A program made the position numbers and the translations under genes. Under the pieces are notes generated by a model, which made no database searches, was not told the origin of the DNA, and was given only the letters and a program-made list of their open reading frames with translations. From NCBI GenBank assembly GCA_036274475.1, contig DASUFO010000059.1, positions 1,151 to 65,150 of the forward strand: 64,000 bases of DNA, in the 5' to 3' direction. Numbering within the stretch: position 1 is the stretch's first letter; each line of letters opens with the position of its first letter. Below are positions 9,238 to 17,020 of the stretch, piece by piece. The DNA comes from Candidatus Limnocylindrales bacterium (lineage in GTDB: Bacteria; Chloroflexota; Limnocylindria; Limnocylindrales; CSP1-4).

Positions 9238-9945
9238 TCAGCCGGCGAGGCAGATCCCCGGCGGTGATGGAACGGGCACGTCCACGCCCTCTGCGTACGT
9301 TGCCGTCCAGTCGAGCAGCGGCCGAATCTGCGTCGAAGCCCCGAGCACGCCGATGTACCGGCCGATCTCCTGGCCACCGACTTCGAGGCTGCAGAGCACG
9401 CGGATGTTGGCGTGGCCGTTCTCGTCGATGAAGCAGCCAGTCCGGTTCGGCTGGTCGCCTCCTTCGGTCGGTCCATCGCCGGGCGTCCAGGCCCCATCAC
9501 CGGCCGTGCCGGCCAGGCAATCGCCGCTTCGGAGCGCCACGCCGTAGCTCGCCATCCGCGCGATGTAGGCCGCGAGGGCGTCCGCTGGCGTCGCGAATGC
9601 GTACACCCCGACGCGATCGACGAGCTCCGATCCGACCGTGCACTCGACGCCTGCCGTCGCCTTGTCGGGGAGGTTCTCGGTCCGCGGCGCGCAACCGACG
9701 CGCGCATCCTCCCGGATGGAGGCGAGCAGCCGCCCCTGCTCGGGCGAGAAGCCCGCCGGGAGCGACGCAGGCGCCGCGCTGCCTCTACCCGGCGAAGCCG
9801 GAGGCCCGGCCGATGCGCCCGTCGGCGTGGGTGCGACCGGCGAACCGCCCTCGAGCGGCGGTGGGAGCGTGGCGTTGGAGCAGCCCGAGGCGAGCGCGAC
9901 GATCGCCGCGGCCGCGACGATCCATCGGAGCGCCGGCTCCCTCAT
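9238..9945 (-). CDS. hypothetical lipoprotein
   Basis: Signal peptide with the lipobox IVALASGC, then a Pro/Ala/Gly linker and a Cys-containing globular domain. I recognise no family. Confidence 0.6.
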   Translation of the reverse strand: MREPALRWIVAAAAIVALASGCSNATLPPPLEGGSPVAPTPTGASAGPPASPGRGSAAPASLPAGFSPEQGRLLASIREDARVGCAPRTENLPDKATAGVECTVGSELVDRVGVYAFATPADALAAYIARMASYGVALRSGDCLAGTAGDGAWTPGDGPTEGGDQPNRTGCFIDENGHANIRVLCSLEVGGQEIGRYIGVLGASTQIRPLLDWTATYAEGVDVPVPSPPGICLAG

Positions 9946-9954
9946 CGCCGAACC

Positions 9955-11616
9955 CTACGCAGCGGCGGAGACCCACTCCTCGACGCGACGGGCCAGGATC
10001 GGCAGGGGCATCGGCCCGGCGCCAAGGACGGCGTCGTGGAACTCCTTGATCCGGAACCGATCGCCGAGGGCCGCCTCGGCCTCGCGCCGAATCCGCTGGA
10101 TCTCGAGCCGGCCGATCATGTACGCGAGTGCCTGACCCGGGGTCACGGCGTAGCGATCGATCTCGGCCGTCACGTGACCTTCGCGCATGGGCGAGTTCGC
10201 GAGCATGTAGTCGATCGCCTGGCGGCGGCTCCAGCCGAGCGCGTGCATCCCGGTATCGACGACCAGCCGGCAGGCCCGCATCGAATCGGCGGAGAGCATG
10301 CCCATCCGGTCGACCGGGCTGGAATAGAGGCCCATCTCGTCGGCCAGCCGTTCGGTGTAGAGGCCCCAGCCTTCGCCGTACGCAGCAATGAACGCCCGCT
10401 TTCGGAACTCGGGAAGGCCCTCCAGCTCCGTCGCGATCGCGATCTGGAGATGGTGGCCGGGGATGCCCTCGTGGTACGAGGTCGACTCGATGTCGTAGCG
10501 GCCCCAGCCGGTCGGATCGGCGACGTTCATGAAGAAGACGCCGCCCCGGGAGCCATCCTTCGCCGGCGGGAAGTAGTAGGCGATGGCGCCGTTCGTCGTC
10601 GCCTCGACGTCGCAGTCGGCCTTGGGCAGGATCCCGAACCATTCGCCCATCGCCGCGCGGGCCTTCGCCATCGCGGTCTTCGAGGCGGTGACGATCTCGT
10701 CGGGGTCGTGGTGGTGGAGCGAGGAATCGTCGCGGAGTGCCGCGAAGATCTTCGGCAGGTCGTTCGTTCCGACGACGTCCGGGCCGAGCGCGCGGTACTC
10801 GCGGGCGAGCGACTCGACCTGGGCGAGGCCGATGTCGTGGATCTCCTGGGCACTCAGCGAGACCGTCGTGTAGTAGCGGATCGCGGCGGCGTACGCCTCG
10901 TCGCCGCCGGCCACCCAGCAGAGGCCGGGCTTGTCGTTCGGGCGGGCGTGCGGCTGAACCTCGTCGCGAAGCGTGTCGCGATAGTCGGCCATCGCCGGCC
11001 GGACGTCGCGTTCGACGATCGCGGCGAGGCGGCCACGCCACTCGTCGGGGTCTTCGACCCCGCGCGGCTCTGCGGTGTGGAGCAGCGGGTCGTCAGCGAT
11101 CGGGCCCGCCAGCCAGCGGTCGATCTGCTCGACGGTCTGGCGGACGGCGAAGTCGGCCGGCGTTCGACCGTTCGCGACGCCTTCGCGGTGCCGTCCGGCC
11201 AGGTCGTGGAAGTACGTTGCGATGTCGCGGTACTTGCCGAGGAACCCTTCGGCGATGTCGGGGTCGGGGATCGTCAGCTTCGGGATCCGGACCGGGAGGC
11301 TGGCCTGGCTGCCGAAGATCGGATCCGCGCCGAACTCGTCGAGCCTCGCCTCGACCATGTCGGCCCGAGCCGTCGCGTCCCAGGCGACCATCTCGCGGGT
11401 GATTCGCTCGTCCGCGGACAGGCCCTCGGCGGCGATCGCGTTTGCCCGCTCGACGAACGCCCGGGCTTCGGCGATCTGGGCGTCCTCGGCGTCCCGACTC
11501 GCCTGCTCGTAGCTGTCGACGTAGCGGTAGTCGCCGATCATGTGGGCCCACGTCGGGAAGGTCCGCAGTCGGGTTTCCTGGTAGTCGGCGGCGAGGGCAT
11601 CGACGGTATCGGTCAC
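9955..11616 (-). CDS. DUF885 family protein
   Basis: 553 aa. GTG start preceded by GGAGAG. YHEGIPGHHLQ and the overall length and organisation match DUF885. Confidence 0.85.
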   Translation of the reverse strand: MTDTVDALAADYQETRLRTFPTWAHMIGDYRYVDSYEQASRDAEDAQIAEARAFVERANAIAAEGLSADERITREMVAWDATARADMVEARLDEFGADPIFGSQASLPVRIPKLTIPDPDIAEGFLGKYRDIATYFHDLAGRHREGVANGRTPADFAVRQTVEQIDRWLAGPIADDPLLHTAEPRGVEDPDEWRGRLAAIVERDVRPAMADYRDTLRDEVQPHARPNDKPGLCWVAGGDEAYAAAIRYYTTVSLSAQEIHDIGLAQVESLAREYRALGPDVVGTNDLPKIFAALRDDSSLHHHDPDEIVTASKTAMAKARAAMGEWFGILPKADCDVEATTNGAIAYYFPPAKDGSRGGVFFMNVADPTGWGRYDIESTSYHEGIPGHHLQIAIATELEGLPEFRKRAFIAAYGEGWGLYTERLADEMGLYSSPVDRMGMLSADSMRACRLVVDTGMHALGWSRRQAIDYMLANSPMREGHVTAEIDRYAVTPGQALAYMIGRLEIQRIRREAEAALGDRFRIKEFHDAVLGAGPMPLPILARRVEEWVSAAA

Positions 11617-11701
11617 GGGGTCTCTCCGGTTCGTCGGCGGGGCAGTGGGCTCATGGTAGTCCGATCGGCGCCGGTCGCCGGAGCCGGGCTATCCTCGCAC
11701 G

Positions 11702-12664
11702 GTGAGCCGCCAGCGAATCCCGGACGAGGTGCTCGCCGCAGCGCACGCCCGGTCGCGGGCCCGGGCCGAGCGGGACTGGACCGAGGCCGACCGGCTCCGC
11801 GGCGAGATCGAGGCGGCCGGCTGGCGCGTCGTCGATCGGGGCACAAACTTCGAGCTGTCGCCGGCGGCGCCACCGACGCTCGATGAGGGCGGCGAGGTCC
11901 GCTACGGTTCGTCCGCCGCCGTGCCCTCGCGGCTGTCCGAGCCGTCGACCGGATTCGCGACGGTGGTCATCGTCGCAACCGACTGGCCCGCGGACCTCGA
12001 ACGGGCGCTCGACGCGCTCGCGGCGACGTCGCCGAACGACGTGACGACGGTCGTCGTGGCCGACGGACCCTCGCCCGAGCAGGACGCCGCGCTGACCGCT
12101 GTCGCCGCGCGCCCCGGTGTCGAGGTCGTCCGAACGTCCGAGCGGCTCGGCCAGGGAGCCGCGCTGAACATCGGGCTGCGTCGGGCCAGCGGGCCCGTGG
12201 TCATCGTCCTCGACACCAGCGTCGAGCCGCGCGGCGACATCGTCACGCCACTCGTCCGGGCGCTCGACGAGCCGACCGTCGGCGTTGCGGGCGGGTGGGG
12301 GATCGTGAGCGACGACCTCCGGCGATTCACGGATGCCCCGCCCGGCGACGTGACCGCGATCGAGGGCTACGCGCTCGCGTTCCGTCGCTCGGACGGCGCC
12401 GCACGCGGTCCGCTCGACGAGCGGTTCCGGTTCTATCGCAACCTCGACATCTGGTGGAGCCTCGCGCTTCGCGAGGAGGGCCGGGCGGACGGAGAAGAAG
12501 ACGCGCGGCCCCGGCGCGCGGTCGCGGTCGAGCTGCCCGCGGAGCGCCACGAGCACCGCGGCTGGACGAGCCTGCCCGACGACGAGCGCGATCGACTCAG
12601 CAAGCGGAACTTCTACCGGATCATCGACCGATTCGGCTCGCGCCGCGACCTCGCCGGGCGCTGA
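11702..12664 (+). CDS. family 2 glycosyltransferase with an N-terminal CysRS-C-terminal-like module
   Basis: GTG start. Residues about 5-50 (IPDEVLAAAHARSRARAERDWTEADRLRGEIEAAGWRVVDRG) align at about 50% identity with the C-terminus of the cysS product in this window. The rest (ATVVIVATDWP...VVVADGPSPEQ...GQGAALNIGLR...VLDTS) is a GT-A/GT2 fold. Confidence 0.8.
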   Translation: MSRQRIPDEVLAAAHARSRARAERDWTEADRLRGEIEAAGWRVVDRGTNFELSPAAPPTLDEGGEVRYGSSAAVPSRLSEPSTGFATVVIVATDWPADLERALDALAATSPNDVTTVVVADGPSPEQDAALTAVAARPGVEVVRTSERLGQGAALNIGLRRASGPVVIVLDTSVEPRGDIVTPLVRALDEPTVGVAGGWGIVSDDLRRFTDAPPGDVTAIEGYALAFRRSDGAARGPLDERFRFYRNLDIWWSLALREEGRADGEEDARPRRAVAVELPAERHEHRGWTSLPDDERDRLSKRNFYRIIDRFGSRRDLAGR

Positions 12665-12824
12665 TTTCGCGTGGCGTCGAGCGCTGTTATGCCGATGTCA
12701 TGCGGCTGAATCCCAGGCAGGTCGGGCGTTAGCCGACGCTGACGGCCGCCATGGTTTCATGGATGGACGTGAGGTCGGGAGATGCGTCCCGGGCGAGCGG
12801 TCAGAGCAGAAGGAGGTTGCTCTC

Positions 12825-13034
12825 ATGCTCGATCCGCAGACCCGGCAGCAGCTTCAGACCAGGTTCCAGCAGATCAAGCCGCAGTTGAAGCAGCGCTTCA
12901 GCGGCGTCTCCGATCAGGACCTCGATGCCGTTCGCAGCGACCCGGACAAGTTGATCACGACGATCTCGGCGAAGTCCGGCGAGCCCGAGGCTCGCGTCGA
13001 GGCGGCGGTCCGCTCGCTCGTTCAGGCCGCCTGA
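12825..13034 (+). CDS. CsbD-like small stress protein (degenerate)
   Basis: AGGAGG at 12811-12816 precedes the ATG at 12825. The 69-aa product follows the CsbD/YjbJ pattern (QIKPQLKQRFSGVSDQDLDAV...L...I....G...E.A...V). Confidence 0.5.
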   Translation: MLDPQTRQQLQTRFQQIKPQLKQRFSGVSDQDLDAVRSDPDKLITTISAKSGEPEARVEAAVRSLVQAA

Positions 13035-13138
13035 GCTCCATCGCCACCCCGCGGGTTGACTGCCCGCGCCGACCGGTGCGTTCGACGACTCGCCGGTCGT
13101 AACGTGACCGATCCCTCGCCGGGTCGTTGATCCTGGCC

Positions 13139-14746
13139 TCACTTCGAAGCCGATGACCTTCGGGTCGTCGGCTTCGCCGCGTCTCGCGCGGGGTTCAAAC
13201 GCAAGCGGCGGCGGACGGTCGAACCCTCCGCGCCGTCGACGACGTCCCAGCCGAGTTCGGCAAGCGTGCCCCGAAGCTCGTCCGCCCTCGTGAAGTCGCG
13301 GTCGTTTCGGGCGGCAGTTCGCTGCTCGAGGATCGCGACGATCTCGGCTGGAAGCATCCCGTCGCCATCACTGCCGGCGTCTGTCCACACCTCGTGGAGG
13401 TCGAGTCCGAGGACGAAGTCGGCGTCGAGCACCAGCCACCGTCGCTCGTCGTCCGCGATCGGCGCGCGGACCGCCTCGCGGATGGCGGCGAGGGCGGTCG
13501 GCACGTCGAGGTCGTCGTCGAGCGCATCGGCGAAGCGATCGTGGAGCGCTCGCCCCGCGGCGGAGAGCGGGACGTCCGGTTGGTGGGCACGATTCGTCAG
13601 CGTGACCTCGACGTCGGACCCGTGGCCGGCGACGCCGCTGCGCGTGCCCTTCGGCCTCGCCGGCGCCTCGCCGGCGAGGAGCGGCTGGGGAGCCTGCCAG
13701 GGTCCGTCGCCTGGTGGCGGACCGAGGCTCCGGAGCCGCTCGCGGAGCGAGTCGAGGCCGGCCGCGGCGGCCGCAAGCGAGTCCGGCGTGTACTCGAGCT
13801 TGTGGCGATAGCGCGAGGTCAGGGCGAGGTAGCGGAACGCGAGAGGGTCGACGCCGCGATCGGCCACGTCCGCGATCCGGTCGATGTTGCCGGCCGACTT
13901 GGCCATCTTCTGGCCGCCGACCTGGAGGAACTCCCCGTGGACCCAGACACGCGCCGGCGGTCCGCCGACGACGGGCGCCGACTGGGCGATCTCGTCCTCG
14001 TGGTGGGGAAAGACGTTGTCGATGCCGCCGGTGTGGACGTCGAACCGCGGCCCGAGATGCTTGAGCGCCATCGCCGAGCATTCGAGGTGCCAGCCGGGGT
14101 AGCCCTCGCCCCAGCGCTTCGTGGGCCACTTCAGCAGGCGGCCCTCGCCGGCGGCCTTCCAGAGCGCGAAGTCGGCCGGGTCGCGCTTGTCGGACTCGAC
14201 CTCGCCGCGGTGACCGGCGCGGAGCGCATCGAGCGTGTTCCCGGAGAGACGGCCGTAGTCCTCGAACGACGCGGTGTCGTAGTAGACGTTCCCCTGGTCG
14301 CTGACGTAGGCGTGACCCTTGTCGACGAGCAGCTCCCCGAGGTCGAGCATCTCCGGGATGTGGTCGGTCGCCCGGGGAAAGACGTGGGCGGGGAGCAGGT
14401 TGAGCAGCGCGGCGTCCGCGTGGAACGCGGCCTCGTACGCGTCGGCGATCTCCTGGGTCGTCTTGTGCTCGAGACCCGCGGCGACGAGCATCCGGTCCTC
14501 ACCGCGATCGAAGCGCTCGTCACGGAGGTGGCCGACGTCGGTGATGTTCTGGACCTGGAAGACGTCGATGCCGTGGTAGAGAACCGACCGCCGGATGAGG
14601 TCCGCAAGGAGGAAGGTCCGGAGGTTGCCGACATGGGCGTAGCGGTAGACGGTCGGGCCGCAGGAGTACATCCGAAGGCGGCGTCCGTCGCTCGGCTCGA
14701 CCGGCTCGACGGTTCGGGTCAGCGTGTTGCGAAGGCGGAGCGTCAC
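13139..14746 (-). CDS. cysS: cysteine--tRNA ligase
   Basis: 535 aa, GTG start. MYSCGPTVY, HVGN (HIGH), KMAKSAGN (KMSKS) and the C-terminal RDFTRADELRGTLAELGWDVVD module are present. It also carries a roughly 60-aa low-complexity insertion. Confidence 0.95.
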   Translation of the reverse strand: MTLRLRNTLTRTVEPVEPSDGRRLRMYSCGPTVYRYAHVGNLRTFLLADLIRRSVLYHGIDVFQVQNITDVGHLRDERFDRGEDRMLVAAGLEHKTTQEIADAYEAAFHADAALLNLLPAHVFPRATDHIPEMLDLGELLVDKGHAYVSDQGNVYYDTASFEDYGRLSGNTLDALRAGHRGEVESDKRDPADFALWKAAGEGRLLKWPTKRWGEGYPGWHLECSAMALKHLGPRFDVHTGGIDNVFPHHEDEIAQSAPVVGGPPARVWVHGEFLQVGGQKMAKSAGNIDRIADVADRGVDPLAFRYLALTSRYRHKLEYTPDSLAAAAAGLDSLRERLRSLGPPPGDGPWQAPQPLLAGEAPARPKGTRSGVAGHGSDVEVTLTNRAHQPDVPLSAAGRALHDRFADALDDDLDVPTALAAIREAVRAPIADDERRWLVLDADFVLGLDLHEVWTDAGSDGDGMLPAEIVAILEQRTAARNDRDFTRADELRGTLAELGWDVVDGAEGSTVRRRLRLNPARDAAKPTTRRSSASK

Positions 14747-14832
14747 GACGGGAATCGTAGTCCGCGTACTGCGTTTGGATGAAACTTCGTTGACGGCCTA
14801 ACGATTTCGCGCGTGGCTCGTTAGTTGGTGGC

Positions 14833-14887
14833 AGAGGCCTCGCCCAATGACATCGTTCCCCCGGCGGTGTGGTGACGCGAGGCCTCT
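14833..14887. promoter_or_regulatory. hairpin with an 11-bp perfect stem in the cysS upstream region
   Basis: AGAGGCCTCGC (14833-14843) and GCGAGGCCTCT (14877-14887) are exact reverse complements, separated by 33 nt. The hairpin lies about 90-140 nt upstream of the cysS start on the minus strand. Confidence 0.4.
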
Positions 14888-14989
14888 CTTGCTGCCCGTC
14901 GGCTGGCGCCGTGAGGTGCCTAGGCGATGGCGGCATGGCGGCTCGCGATGCTTGCGCGACGCACCGCGCCCCAGCCATCTCTCTGCAGA

Positions 14990-15143
14990 TGTTCGGTGTG
15001 ACCGAACAGGATTCGGCCCTGAGAGCTGGAATCGCGACCGTTGTTAGGTGTGAGCGAACAGGTGCAGGGATCAGCGTTCGATTCCTGTGTCCGGCCGCCG
15101 AATCCGGCCCGTTCGGGCGGTTTCTGTTCGGAGTGAGCGAACA
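14990..15143. promoter_or_regulatory. three 19-bp operator-like palindromes, consensus TGTTCG-N7-CGAACA
   Basis: TGTTCGGTGTGACCGAACA (14990-15008), TGTTAGGTGTGAGCGAACA (15042-15060) and TGTTCGGAGTGAGCGAACA (15125-15143). They lie in the divergent region between cysS and the SBP operon. Confidence 0.55.
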
Positions 15144-15206
15144 TTTGCGGGGTAGCACTCGGTCGGTCGGCGAAGCGTCCAGCGCGGTCCGGACCGGCTC
15201 GGAACA

Positions 15207-15212
15207 TATACT
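15207..15212 (+). promoter_or_regulatory. candidate -10 box TATACT for a leaderless transcript
   Basis: TATACT is followed by 6 nt (CCCGCC) and then the ATG at 15219. No Shine-Dalgarno sequence is present. Confidence 0.35.
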
Positions 15213-15218
15213 CCCGCC

Positions 15219-15416
15219 ATGCGCCGTTGGGTCTGCATCGTCGCGCTCCTGGCCGGGTTTTCCGCGGATGGCTACGCCTACACCGTCCGCACGCGGCTGC
15301 CCGTGCCGATCGAGCGCACCCTCGACGAGCCGGCCGGCGCCGACGCCCCCGAGCGGCGTCCCGACCTCACTCGAACGGCCGCGTGGTGGGCACAGGCGCC
15401 GTGGGCGCGATCCTGA
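15219..15416 (+). CDS. candidate small protein (65 aa), probably leaderless
   Basis: Third-position G/C in this frame is visibly much higher than in the SBP frame over 15227-15400. The N-terminus is hydrophobic (MRRWVCIVALLAGF). The stop at 15414-15416 overlaps the probable SBP start by 16 nt. Confidence 0.45.
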   Translation: MRRWVCIVALLAGFSADGYAYTVRTRLPVPIERTLDEPAGADAPERRPDLTRTAAWWAQAPWARS

Positions 15417-17020
15417 CCAAACCGACGTCGGCGAGCCGGCGAGGAGCAGCGAGGCGCATCGCGGGGGTCGCGGGGGCGGTCCTCATCGTGGCATCCGTCG
15501 CCGTCTGGCGCGGGGTCGCGGGCGCCGCACCCGCCAGCGCCGCCCCGCCCGACGACGTCCGGATTCTCATCGGCGCAGCCGCGACCCTCGACCCCGCAGC
15601 CCAGGGCGACATCGGCAGTGCCGCGGTCTCCGCTCAGCTGTTCGAGGGCCTCACCGCATTCGACCCCCAGCTCAACGTCCGCCCGGCCCTCGCGGAGTCG
15701 TGGGACCTGCTCGATGACGGGCGGCGCGTCGTCTTTCACCTCCGGCCGAACCTGACGTTCTCGGACGGCTCGCCGATCACGGGCGACGACGTCGTCCGGA
15801 GCTGGCTCCGGGTCGTCGACCCAAACGCTCCCTCGCCGCTCGTCTCGCTCTTCGGAGACGTCGAGGGTGCGCTCGCGTATGCGCGCGGCGAGAACACCGA
15901 CCCCAGCTCCGTCGGCCTGAAGGCCGACGGTCTCGATGTCGAAATCCGACTGACGCGACCGGCCGCCGACTTCCCATCGATCGTCGCCAGCCCGACGTTC
16001 GCGGTCGTCCCTCCCGGCGTCGGTGAGGATCCGGCGGCGCTCGAGCCGAGCGGCTTCGTCGGGAGCGGCGCCTACATGCTCCAGACGGTCACCGACGACA
16101 AGACGACGATCGTCGCGAACGACCACTACTGGGCCGGGCCGCCCTCGATCAGGACGATCGAGCTTGTTCACAACATCGGTGGCCGCAGCCCGGTCCAGGC
16201 GTTCGAGGACGGCGATCTCGACCTCACGAACGTCTTCCCGTTCGACGCGACGTGGATCGGCTACGACGAGACGCTCGGGCCACAGTTGCGCGAGGGGACG
16301 TCGCTGTCGGTCAACTACTACGGGTTCGATACTACGCGGCCGCCGTTCGACGACGTCCGCGTCCGGCAGGCGTTCGCGAAGGCCGTCGACTGGCGGCGTC
16401 TCGTGTCGCTCGTCGCGGGCCCGACGTCGTCGGTGGCGACGGGCATGGTCCCGACCGGGATCCCGGGCCGGAGCGACGAGGACTTCCTTCCCGAGCATGA
16501 CCCGGACGGCGCGAGGGCTCTTCTCGCTGAGGCGGGCTATCCGAACGGCGAGGGCTTCCCGGAGACGACGTTCATGACGTTCGGCTCGCCGTATGACGCC
16601 GCGGTCCTCGCGGAGATCAGGCGCGAGCTCGGGATCGACCTCCACTACGAGGTCGACAACGGCGACTACTTCGGGCGCCTTTCTGTCGACCCGCCCCACA
16701 TGTGGTCGATGGGCTGGGTCGCCGACTATCCGCATCCCAACGATTTCCTCGGGATCCTGCTCGGGACGGGCGCATCGAACAACTACGGCCGGTGGAGCAA
16801 CGCCGAGTTCGACGGCGCGATCTCGGACGCGCTCGCGACGGCCGATCCGAACGAGGTCCGCGCGGCGTTCGACCGGGCGGAGAGCGTGATTCGGGACGAG
16901 GCGCCGGTCATCCCGCTCTCGTACGACCTCGAGTGGAAGCTCGCCCGCACGGGTTTGCTCGGGGCCCAGGAGAACGGGCTCGGCATCACCCGGATGGCGG
17001 GCCTCGCGTGGCAGCAGTGA
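15401..17020 (+). CDS. ABC transporter substrate-binding protein, family 5 (peptide/nickel, DppA/OppA type)
   Basis: Signal/anchor RRIAGVAGAVLIVASVAVW. DPA...SA.LFEGLTAFD, LAESWD, FHLRPNLTFSDGSPITGDDV and YYGFDTTRPPFDDVRVRQA are typical SBP_bac_5 motifs. The start is uncertain (GTG at 15401, or at 15383/15386). No permease or ATPase gene is adjacent. Confidence 0.85.
   Translation: MGAILTKPTSASRRGAARRIAGVAGAVLIVASVAVWRGVAGAAPASAAPPDDVRILIGAAATLDPAAQGDIGSAAVSAQLFEGLTAFDPQLNVRPALAESWDLLDDGRRVVFHLRPNLTFSDGSPITGDDVVRSWLRVVDPNAPSPLVSLFGDVEGALAYARGENTDPSSVGLKADGLDVEIRLTRPAADFPSIVASPTFAVVPPGVGEDPAALEPSGFVGSGAYMLQTVTDDKTTIVANDHYWAGPPSIRTIELVHNIGGRSPVQAFEDGDLDLTNVFPFDATWIGYDETLGPQLREGTSLSVNYYGFDTTRPPFDDVRVRQAFAKAVDWRRLVSLVAGPTSSVATGMVPTGIPGRSDEDFLPEHDPDGARALLAEAGYPNGEGFPETTFMTFGSPYDAAVLAEIRRELGIDLHYEVDNGDYFGRLSVDPPHMWSMGWVADYPHPNDFLGILLGTGASNNYGRWSNAEFDGAISDALATADPNEVRAAFDRAESVIRDEAPVIPLSYDLEWKLARTGLLGAQENGLGITRMAGLAWQQ

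Noticed and set aside
9412-11886. Very long ORFs antisense to well-supported genes. Examples are 9412-11886 (+), 23310-25925 (-), 36096-38450 (-), 40028-42010 (-), 42465-45293 (+), 54063-55805 (+) and 7821-9707 (-).
   Set aside because: Their products are monotonous Arg/Asp/Gly/Pro-rich strings with no recognisable motifs. They lie opposite genes with unmistakable homology patterns (DUF885, pheT, mutS2, PBP1A, EF-G). Stop-poor antisense frames are expected at about 70% GC.
12754-12782. A sigma-B/sigma-F-like promoter (GTTT...GGGAGA) upstream of the CsbD-like gene.
   Set aside because: The spacer between GTTT and GGG is 19 nt, longer than the roughly 14-17 nt I expect for this promoter class, and the -10 deviates from GGGTAT. 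The match is too weak to call.
14990-15143. The TGTTCG-N7-CGAACA palindromes read as LexA (Cheo/SOS) boxes.
   Set aside because: The Gram-positive SOS box is GAAC-N4-GTTC. Here the half-sites are in the opposite order (GTTC...GAAC) with a 7-9-nt spacer, and the flanking genes are not SOS genes.
14747-15200. A possible T-box leader for cysS. The minus strand contains AGAGAGA and a UGC triplet.
   Set aside because: No GGGUGGNACCGCG-type T-box sequence and no terminator/antiterminator pair could be found on the minus strand. The hairpin at 14833-14887 does not fit the T-box architecture.
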